This document shows positions 9,601-18,335 of a stretch of DNA of 64,000 nt, piece after piece. Under the pieces are notes generated by a model that was not told where the DNA came from, searched no databases, and saw only the letters and a list, made by a program, of their open reading frames with translations. This DNA is from Candidatus Kaiserbacteria bacterium. Its GTDB lineage: Bacteria; Patescibacteriota; Minisyncoccia; Phycocordibacterales; UBA918. The translations under genes were made by a program, and so were the position numbers. The DNA is taken from assembly GCA_016204695.1 (NCBI GenBank), contig JACQKD010000014.1:18562-82561 (forward strand). The letters are read 5' to 3'. Position 1 is the first letter of the stretch. The number at the start of each line of letters is the position of its first letter.

Positions 9601-10136
9601 CACATTTGGTGTTCTCCATGACAGTGGACGAAATGCGCGAGACAATGAAAGCCGGTATGCTCGCTGTCGCCTCAAGTGAGCTGGTATCGCGAGAAAATTG
9701 CGCCCATTGGTACATGGGCGACAAAATAGTTTTTTCGACCGATCCGAAACTGATGGAAACGCTCCGAAACAAAGTCATCGACGTACCGGATGACGCGAAA
9801 AGCACCCGGTCCGTCAAAGGCGCTGTCGCTTTCCCCGGAAAGGTGACGGGTACGGCGCGGATCGTCATGGTGCCTGCAGATATGGCGAAAGTACGAAAAG
9901 GAGACATTCTCGTGGCGCCGACGACCAATCCTACGCTTATGCCCGCGCTTATGACTTGTGGCGCGATCGTCACCGACGAGGGCGGCATCGCAAGCCATGC
10001 CGCGATCGTCTCGCGCGAGCTTCGAAAGCCCTGTGTCGTGGGCACCAAATACGCGACACATATCATCGCCGAAGGAGATACGGTGGAAGTCGACGCGGAT
10101 CAAGGTATAGTGAGAGTATGCCTACCAAGTACATAA
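6654..10136 (+). CDS. multidomain PEP-utilizing-enzyme family phosphotransferase: N-terminal PPDK_N ATP-grasp domain plus two PEP-utilizing mobile (swivel phosphohistidine) domains; rifampin-phosphotransferase/PEP-synthase-like
   Basis: N-terminus [10 protein letters not shown]...[12 protein letters not shown]...VVVQKMV matches PEP synthase/PPDK nucleotide-binding domain. Two copies of the mobile domain are present: ...[10 protein letters not shown]...[49 protein letters not shown] and ...[10 protein letters not shown]...[49 protein letters not shown]. There is no PEP/pyruvate TIM-barrel domain. Confidence 0.85.
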   Translation: [1160 protein letters not shown]

Positions 10137-11194
10137 GTACCGACTACTATTTTCATTTCCAGACCGGCAAGGTGCATTTTCTGCTTGCCGACATGTTTGC
10201 GCACTATTACAGCGACTTTGACGGCGTGATGCTCTCCGGTAAGGATCAGTACTCTGACTACATACACAAAAGCGGCATTGCCGAAACCGAACGAGTATAC
10301 AAGGATTTTTACAAAGACAACGATTCCCTGCGACAAATCGGTGACACGTTTGATCGCGCGGAGAAAGAGCTCCTCGATCAGCAGTCAGCCATCGCAACGA
10401 CAGAAAAGATCACTTCTGCCGACTTTGAGTCGTTTATCACATCAGCCGCGGCCATATTGGATGCATATGCGGCGTTCGACCATATTTTCACCGACCATTT
10501 ATTTAAGGACAAGCGGGAGGATATCGAAGGACTCGTTCGGGTCGCCACAGAAAAAAAGAACGTACTGCGCGAACGCATCGACCCGATTCTTTTTGGCGAT
10601 GGCACGTTCGTCGCGCTGGTGCGGAAGATCGCGAGTCAATACGGCGTTCCCGAGGATCGTATTTTCGCCGCGTCGATAGACGAAGTGCGCGAACTGCTCG
10701 CTTTCGGAAAAATGCCGGAACGAGACATACGAAACAGCGACTATGTCGTGGTCCGGGATCATGACACATATACGTATTACTTCGGAGATGAAGCGACCGC
10801 GTTTATCGCAGGATTTATCGTGGAGGAGCATCACGGGGAGGTCGGAGAGTTGAAGGGCGTATCGGTTTCCAAGAAAGGCGTCTATACGGGAACGGTGAGA
10901 AAAACATCCGTCGACTATACAAATCTCAAGGGAAGCATCGCGGAGTTTGAACACATTCCTGCAGGAATGATTCTTGTCACAGAAATGACCGTTCCGGAGA
11001 TGGTCTCGTTGATGGCTCGCTCGAAGGCAATCGTTACCGACATCGGCGGTATGCTCTGTCATGCGGCCATCACGAGCCGCGAGCTTGGCATCCCCTGCAT
11101 CATCGGCACGAAGCTCGCGACCAAAATTCTCCAGGACGGAGACGAAGTGGAAGTCGACGCGGACAAGGGGATTGTAACAATACTTACACAATAA
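10118..11194 (+). CDS. PEP-utilizing enzyme mobile-domain protein (unknown N-terminal domain plus C-terminal swivel phosphohistidine domain)
   Basis: C-terminus GVYTGTVRK...[49 protein letters not shown]. Start at internal ATG 10118 (MPTKYIS), overlapping the upstream gene end by 19 nt; the ORF-track start 9956 lies inside the upstream gene. Confidence 0.75.
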   Translation: [358 protein letters not shown]

Positions 11195-11204
11195 CTACAC
11201 AAGA

Positions 11205-12644
11205 ATGTCTCACGTTACGTATAAGGGTTTGCAGTTCGATCTTGCCTTTAAGGAATTCCATCCCCCATTACCGCTTTCGTTCTGGTCGAGTGACATATTT
11301 CTTCAGACGTATCAGCGGATAAGCGGTACCGACGTTGGTTTTATATATGCGGTAGTAGATTCTGAACTTACTGGCTATATGGAGACTGGCGGGTCGGAGC
11401 GTATCTGGGCAGCGTTGCAGGCCACACTGACGGAGGAATGGCTCCGTGGGGAACTAGAAAACTTTACACGGCAGTTCGCACATCTGAAGGCGCTTGTCGA
11501 TCCGGCTCGCACAAGCGTCTATTCACGAGGAGCACTAGTTGACCTTTTCGAATCTCTTCGCAAAACACTCGGAGAAATCTACCCGTACAGCAATGCGTTT
11601 TACGTATTGAGCAGTGAGATTGAGAAAAACGTACTTGAGAAACTCAGCAGCGCCTACGGGGAAGAGAGGGCGAACGAGATACTGGCGCAATCGAGCAGGC
11701 CCTCCCCGTCGACATCTTTGGTCACATACTGGGAACGTGTACGGTTTCTGGCCGATCGCATAGCGGGTACGCACGGAAAGGTCAAGGAGAAAGATGTTGC
11801 GGACTTGTGCGAGAATCATGACGACCTCCGAGACGAACTGGAAACCATTCGAAACGACTATTTTTGTCTGACAGCTTTAAATGCAGAAGAACGGACGGTC
11901 GCATCGATCCTCCCGGACATTGTATCCGTGATGGAGACGCCGATGCATGTAGCGGCGCCTGCGCGACCACCTGAAGTCGAAAAAGATCTATCTCTCCTTC
12001 GCACGATGATCTACTTCAAAGATGAGATATCGACCTTCATTATTCCGTATGTCTTTCATGGTCTCAAGAAACAATGGGACGCTACAGCGGCCCTGCTTGC
12101 GATTACTCCGAAAGATCTCGAGCAACTACTCATGGAAGAAGTGATAGGCGCTCTGAAACATCCCACCGAGCTGACAGAACTCGTCGAAAAAAGAAAACGG
12201 GCGACGCTTTTCTTCCATGCTCCGTTTAAGAGCACGGAAGTTATCGAAGGCACCGAAGCATCGGACGTAATCGCTTCGCTCGCCTCACAAAATCAGACGA
12301 CAGATTACTCCACCGTTACGGAAATCAAAGGAAAGGCGGGCGCTCCCGGCACGGTCACCGGTATTGTCCATAAAATCATGCACTCCAATGACATCCAGAA
12401 TTTTAAAGAAGGACACATTCTGGTGACGGTGTACACTGCACCGGAATTTGTTCCCGCCATGAAGAAGGCACGGGCCATCGTGACCGATACTGGAGGAATT
12501 ACCTGTCACGCGGCCATCGTCTCACGCGAACTCCACAAACCCTGTGTTGTAGGCACAAAAATCGCCACTGAAGTGCTCAAAGACGGAGACGAAGTGGAAG
12601 TCGACGCGGACAAGGGGATTGTAACAATACTGCACAATGAGTGA
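11205..12644 (+). CDS. PEP-utilizing enzyme mobile-domain protein (paralog)
   Basis: C-terminus [16 protein letters not shown]...[49 protein letters not shown]. Confidence 0.75.
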   Translation: [479 protein letters not shown]

Positions 12645-14079
12645 TCGGCCCTTCCCCGCAGAGGATTGGACATTTGAGTTCCAACAGAGAGGCGCTCATC
12701 CCGTCGTGATGGCCGATATCTGGTGTCGGGCGGTGTATTTCAATTTTCCCCGAGCCATAGATCTGGGTACCGTGGGCTACGACTATCTGATGACTTCCGA
12801 GTACAAGGGTTATTACCGGGCCGGAGCGCGGGAGCAAATGTTGGAAATATTCAAGGAACGGCTACAGAGTGACCCGACGTATCTCAACTACATTCTCGAT
12901 TCAACCGAAAGAAAAGCCGGGGACTTCAAGTCGTATGTGGCAGGCGGTGAGTGGGACTGGAATGCGTTTATTGAAAAGACACTCGAACTTGTCCCATGGT
13001 TCTACATACCTTGGTACGTAATGGAGTTCAACATACTGTCCGACCGAGTCGTCGGGGGTCTTGAACCGTATCGCCATACCATTGAAAACATCGTCGACTT
13101 CAATACTGCGAGCATGTTGCTGATGTTCCCCGATAAGGAAATGGAGTTCCAGAGAGAACAGGCCGCGTTCTATGCGCTTGTAACAGAAGTGAAGGAGGGT
13201 AGAGACATCGATCCTCGATCGTATCTCGAACGATTCGGCTGGATGAAAACCTTTATCCTTGCTCCCGAGGAGCCGCTCACCGAACAGGAACTAAACAAAA
13301 AGATTAAAACTGCCATTGCAGAGAGGAGCGATGAAACCTACGAACTCCAGCGGAAAAGGAGAGACGGAGACAGGGGGACGATTGTCGAACTCGAATCGCT
13401 CATCGCCGGAGACAAAAGATTGCGCCGAAGCATAGATGATGCTCGCCATCTTGGGTGGCTCCTCACCTGGAGCGTGGAAACTTCGATGCGGGCTTTCGCG
13501 ATGGGCATTCCCCGGTACAAAGAGATCGCAGACAGAATCGGACTTCTATATGATGATTGGGTATACCTCACGACTACCGAGGTTGAGCAATCTATCGCCG
13601 AAAGAAAATGTGTTGTCTCTCGCGAAGAAATAGATGCCCGCAAAGAAGCGTGGATCGTGTCGATACACGATGGTGTATTGGATATCGTGTCCGGAAGCAA
13701 AGCGAAAGAAAATATCGAGCAATTGCATATGAAGGAGACATCGAATGTTCAAAAGGATACGCAGGAAGTCGTCGGAAAACAGGCCTGCGCAGGGAAAGCA
13801 AATGGTCATGTGAGAATATGCTTGACCGCAACTGATGCGGAAGCGGTACGAGAAGGAGACATTCTGGTATGCAGTATGACCACCCCCGATTATGTCCCGG
13901 CCATGAAGCGGGCCGGGGCGATCGTCACCGATGAGGGTGGACTGCTTTGTCACGCGGCGATTATCTCTCGCGAACTCGGGAAGCCATGCGTGATCGCGAC
14001 ACGGATCGCGACGACCGTATTCAAGACCGGGGACGAGGTGGAAGTGGATGCCGATAAGGGGATTGTGAGAAAAGTATGA
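12637..14079 (+). CDS. PEP-utilizing enzyme mobile-domain protein (paralog)
   Basis: C-terminus [11 protein letters not shown]...[49 protein letters not shown]. The start overlaps the upstream stop by 8 nt. Confidence 0.75.
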   Translation: [480 protein letters not shown]

Positions 14080-15098
14080 ATTCGCGCCCGTATACCAAAC
14101 TGTTCACGCGCGACAACGGCCTACTGGTCTTCGAGCTGTGGTATGAGAGCGAGGTAAACCATTTGGAGAAATGGTTGGGATGGGCGCCCAAGAGCTATCT
14201 ACTGCACGCGGTCGAAGGCGTCACCGAAGTCTATTATGATCCGGCTGATCTCGAAGAACTGAATCGCCGGATTGCCGCGAAGCTGAAAGACACCGACTTT
14301 CTTCCAAATCTCATTTCCTGGTACAAAGAAGCGCTTGTGCCGCTTCAACGTGCGTGGAAAGAAAGGAAACCGTTGGGGAGCACGAAAGCGCTCGTCGAGC
14401 TTTTTGATAAGGGTGCTCTCGCCTGGTCGGGACTCGCGATCACGTACTTGATACCGAATCTACCGGAAGGCGAAGCGAGTCGTGACCAGACCTCTGCGGC
14501 ACTCGCGGCGCGTACGGAGACGGAGAATTTTTTTGATGATACCGACCAAGTCTTCCTCATGACACTGCGAGCGTTATTTCCCAGTCTCGGTACACGTTCA
14601 CGATATATTCTCGCAGACGAATTACGCAGAGACGCCATTCCGGAAGAAGATGTGCTCGCGAAGCGCGAGAAACATTTCATCTTCTACCGCGGCACGCTAT
14701 ATACCGACATGACTCTGGAGATGTTTGCGCATGACCACGACATCCGTCTCGAAGAAGAAACCATATCGCAATCCGGCGAGATCAAAGGACAGATCGCCAT
14801 GGGCGGAACCGCTATCGGAAAAGTCCGCGTAATTCTGAAAAAACAGGACATACCGCAGGTCGAAGAAGGAGAAATATTGGTCACCACCATGACAACTCCC
14901 GACTACCTCCCCGCAATGAAAAGAGCGGCGGCGTTTGTCACCGACGAGGGCGGCATCACGTCGCATGCGGCGATCATCGCGCGCGAATTCAAAAAGCCCT
15001 GCATCGTCGGCACCAAAATCGCGACGAAGTTCCTCAAGACCGGCGACACGATAGAAGTGGATGCCGACAAGGGGATCGTGCGAATTTTGGAAAGATAA
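14076..15098 (+). CDS. PEP-utilizing enzyme mobile-domain protein (paralog)
   Basis: C-terminus [12 protein letters not shown]...[49 protein letters not shown]. ATGA start/stop overlap with the upstream gene. Confidence 0.75.
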   Translation: [340 protein letters not shown]

Positions 15099-15162
15099 GT
15101 CAACGAATAGAGTGACTTCACTATGTGCGGACAAGGAGTATCATGGAATCGTAAACATTAAA

Positions 15163-15654
15163 ATGATCGATTGGAACGCGAAAATCAAAGAGGCGCTTGA
15201 TCGGACGGAGTTTATGGCGATATCGACCATCGGCGAGGACGGAAGCTGGACATGCCCGGTGCAGTTTGGCTACAGCGGGACGCTCGACTTGTATTTCAAA
15301 TCAATGCCACATTCCAAGCACGTCCAAAATCTGCTAAAAGACGAACGGATTTCGGTCGCTATCTATAAGACTGATCGGTTTCCCGGTTCGGAACGCGACG
15401 TGCTCGGCCTCCAACTTGCAGGCACTGTCCGGCTCCTGACACAACGCGCCGATGTCGAAGAAGCGGCCCGCTGTTACTACGGCCGCGATCCACGCAAACT
15501 CGATTATAAGACGAAGATCGACGAACATGTTGGAGGAAACGCCGAGTGGAACTTTTTCAAAATTACTCCGACAGAATTGTGGTGTTTCGACTCTCGCATA
15601 TTTGGAGAAGAGCGAGAGAAAGTTGATCTGGAAAATTTGTATATCCAAACATAA
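15163..15654 (+). CDS. pyridoxamine 5'-phosphate oxidase-like FMN-binding split-barrel family protein
   Basis: Start at internal Met (MIDWNAKIKEALDRTEFMAISTIGEDG). Length and pattern resemble the PNPOx-like superfamily; assigned at family level only. Confidence 0.5.
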   Translation: MIDWNAKIKEALDRTEFMAISTIGEDGSWTCPVQFGYSGTLDLYFKSMPHSKHVQNLLKDERISVAIYKTDRFPGSERDVLGLQLAGTVRLLTQRADVEEAARCYYGRDPRKLDYKTKIDEHVGGNAEWNFFKITPTELWCFDSRIFGEEREKVDLENLYIQT

Positions 15655-15730
15655 AGTAGCGCCTCCGTCTCACGTTCAAAATAGCCCACGCGCAACGGCA
15701 TCTGGCAAGATGCGCCGCGGCTGACGCGTC

Positions 15731-16735
15731 GTGGTATACTGGCGGGGCATGACACAAATGTTCTTGCGGATTGCCGCGGCGGCATTCTGCATTCTGGCGG
15801 TCGGTATATCCGTACCGCTTGGCGCGCGAGCGGACGATGGATACTCCGACAGCGCCTATCAATCAGCAATCGAAAAACTCGGCGGGAAAAAAGTGAAGCG
15901 TCTGCCCGTCCCCATTCTTTTCGGCGTACCGCGTTCGGCAATCATACCGAATTTCGGCGCTCCGCGCGGCGGAGGTGCGCGCACGCATGAAGGCGAAGAT
16001 ATCATGGCGCCGCAAGGCGCGCCGATCGTCTCTCCCACCAAAGCGATCGTCGTAGATGCGGGTACGGGACCGAGCGCCGGCAATTATGTCACGACGATGG
16101 GTCCCGGCGGTGAACGTTTTGTCTATATGCATCTTGATACCATCCTTGTAGAGAAAGGAGACGAGCTTCGGGTGGGGGATTTCATCGGATACGTCGGCAA
16201 CACCGGCAATGCGTCGGGCGGCCCCGCACATCTGCATTTCGAGATTCGTCAGGACGGAGTGGCCGCTGATCCGTTTCCGCGCATTGCGCGAGAGTTCTCG
16301 CTCAAGAGCAAGGTTGAGTATCTCAAGCGAGCGCTTGCGTATCTAAAGGAGAAGAAACCGCTGGTGCAATTTGTTACCGTACACTACCAGCAAGAACTTG
16401 CGCAGGCGCAGTCAACCGGTCTCACGCTTCCCAAACAGATCGCAAAAGCGATGAAAGATGCACCCTTACTCGCGCAAACAAGCGTGCCTTCTTCCGGCGA
16501 GTCGGTGCTTGGCTCGCACAAACCGCTCGTCTCAAGCCTGCAGAAACTCCTTATCTTAAAAAACACCGGGCCGGCGGCCAAGGCGCTCGCCGCCGCAGGC
16601 CCTACGGGCAATTTCGGGCCGATAACGCAGAACGCACTGATCGAGTATCAAACTGTTCTCGGTATGCAACCGGCGGACGGACGTCTCGGTACGACGACAG
16701 TTGCATTTATACTCGCAAAAGAAGGGAAGCGGTGA
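15731..16735 (+). CDS. M23 family metallopeptidase with C-terminal peptidoglycan-binding domain
   Basis: HEGEDI and GNTGNASGGPAHLHFEI (LytM/M23 zinc ligands); C-terminal PG_binding_1-like repeat (LQKLL...TGNFGPITQNALIEYQ); signal peptide. A possible alternative start is 15749. Confidence 0.8.
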   Translation: MVYWRGMTQMFLRIAAAAFCILAVGISVPLGARADDGYSDSAYQSAIEKLGGKKVKRLPVPILFGVPRSAIIPNFGAPRGGGARTHEGEDIMAPQGAPIVSPTKAIVVDAGTGPSAGNYVTTMGPGGERFVYMHLDTILVEKGDELRVGDFIGYVGNTGNASGGPAHLHFEIRQDGVAADPFPRIAREFSLKSKVEYLKRALAYLKEKKPLVQFVTVHYQQELAQAQSTGLTLPKQIAKAMKDAPLLAQTSVPSSGESVLGSHKPLVSSLQKLLILKNTGPAAKALAAAGPTGNFGPITQNALIEYQTVLGMQPADGRLGTTTVAFILAKEGKR

Positions 16736-16749
16736 TTTTAGGCAGGCCT

Positions 16750-17373
16750 CTAGCGTCGTGGCCGTTTCCACTCGGTGAGTGTGCCGGCTCGTATTTCAAT
16801 ACTGTCAGCCGGACGTAATCGTAGCGCATGAGGTGCGATTTTCTCATGTGGAGCCGCGACGAGGTTATCGTGCACTCCCCAAAGAGGATGCTCGGCGATG
16901 AGCCAGTCATCGTCAAATTCGAGAAGATTGAGAGGATTTCGTGAATACGCGCGGAGTGTTTTTTCTCCGGTATCGAGAAAATATTCGTGAAAATACGACA
17001 TCACAAGTTCGCGCACGCTCGCATACACCGGATCGCGATACCGCAGTACCGCATGATTGGTTTTGCTCACTGCGCCCCAGTGCATCCCCTCACGAAACGG
17101 CGCTATGACGTGTGATTCGTCATGTGTGCCCGTTTCAAGGTCGATAAGAAAGGGAGGACGGCCGTGATACCAAAAGATGGCGGCCGCAAGGACCGCTCCC
17201 TCGAAGCAGTGCGCGGTTCCATGCCGAAGTGTTTGGAGCGGCGATCGACATGTCTCACCCTCCGGTTCGAAGTTGATCGGAAATGAATTGAGAAAATCCT
17301 GCGTCTTTGCAGGCGTAGTCAGCGTTTTGAAAATCTGAAATTCTGCAAGATCCGGAAAAGAAAATTTCCTCAT
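16750..17373 (-). CDS. transglutaminase-like cysteine-protease-fold protein (putative)
   Basis: GTAHCFEGAVLAAAIF matches the G-x-C-x-E/F-A-x-L-x-A motif of the transglutaminase-like superfamily; downstream His/Asp candidates are present. Confidence 0.35.
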   Translation of the reverse strand: MRKFSFPDLAEFQIFKTLTTPAKTQDFLNSFPINFEPEGETCRSPLQTLRHGTAHCFEGAVLAAAIFWYHGRPPFLIDLETGTHDESHVIAPFREGMHWGAVSKTNHAVLRYRDPVYASVRELVMSYFHEYFLDTGEKTLRAYSRNPLNLLEFDDDWLIAEHPLWGVHDNLVAAPHEKIAPHALRLRPADSIEIRAGTLTEWKRPRR

Positions 17374-17450
17374 TCGGCCAGTATAATTCTTTAGGACACT
17401 TCTTGCGACAAATGTGCCAAAGGAGGGTATACTTTCACTAAACTTTAATC

Positions 17451-18311
17451 ATGAGCTGGTACACTGCGAATATACGACCAAGTCCCGTCTACTGGCAGAC
17501 CGGGCGATCGGACGGTCTTGAGCTTCTCTATCCGCCGTTCGCGCTCGCGATTTTGACGCTCTTCGTACGGGCGCGAAGCGAGGGATTGCCGGTGACGATA
17601 TACGAAACGTACCGCTCGCAAGAACGCCAGCTCCAGCTTTTTAACCAAGGCGCGACGAAACTAAAGAAGAACGGCATGCACCACTTCGGTATCGCCGCCG
17701 ATATTGTATTTCTGACGCAGAGCGGCAATCCGAGTTGGGCCGAAACCAACAACTGGGCGCGGATCGGCGCCATCGGCGGAGCGCTCGGTCTCGAGTGGGG
17801 CGGCCTCTGGAGCGGATTCGTGGACAAGCCGCATTTCCAGCTTGTGCCGGCCACCGTGAGCGCGCAGGCAAAGATCGTCGCGGGAGAGTATCCCGCATAT
17901 CCCGCATCCGTTGATACGAAACGTACCGGACTTTTGCAGGCCTACAACGCCGCAAAAGCGAGCGGCTTTACCGCTTCACAGATCTCGAAATTGAGTGCGT
18001 CTCTCTCGGCGCCCGCATCGGCGGCGCAGTCCTTGTTCCCGCGCACACTCGTGCAGGGTATAAAGGGCAAGGATGTGCTCCTCCTGCAAAAGGTGCTCAA
18101 CGCCGATGCGGCGACGCGCATCGCCGCAAGCGGTACCGGTTCCCCCGGTAAGGAAACCGATTACTTCGGCGGACTCACCAAGGCCGCGGTCGGAAAATTC
18201 CAGATAAAATACGGCATCGTCGGTCCGACGAGCACCGCGTTCGGCACGGCAGGCCCGAAAACACGCGGTGTATTGGAACAGGCGGCGGTCGCGTACAGCA
18301 TCTACTCATAA
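17451..18311 (+). CDS. M15 family peptidase (VanY/L-Ala-D-Glu peptidase-like) with C-terminal peptidoglycan-binding domain
   Basis: [25 protein letters not shown] (H-x-x-G-x-A-x-D), LEWGGLW...DKPHFQL (the D-x-P-H-F-E/Q hallmark of M15); C-terminal PG_binding_1-like LLQKVLN...KFQIKYGI. Confidence 0.7.
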   Translation: MSWYTANIRPSPVYWQTGRSDGLELLYPPFALAILTLFVRARSEGLPVTIYETYRSQERQLQLFNQGATKLKKNGMHHFGIAADIVFLTQSGNPSWAETNNWARIGAIGGALGLEWGGLWSGFVDKPHFQLVPATVSAQAKIVAGEYPAYPASVDTKRTGLLQAYNAAKASGFTASQISKLSASLSAPASAAQSLFPRTLVQGIKGKDVLLLQKVLNADAATRIAASGTGSPGKETDYFGGLTKAAVGKFQIKYGIVGPTSTAFGTAGPKTRGVLEQAAVAYSIYS

Positions 18312-18335
18312 TTACCACTGCATGTACAAAAATCT

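Noticed and set aside
9956-10117. ORF-track start at 9956 for the second PEP-utilizing gene (Arg/His-rich N-terminus MWRDRHRRGRHRK...)
   Set aside because: This stretch lies in an alternate frame inside the 3' end of the upstream gene and has low-complexity basic composition. The internal ATG at 10118 (MPTKYIS) gives a coherent protein and the usual overlap.
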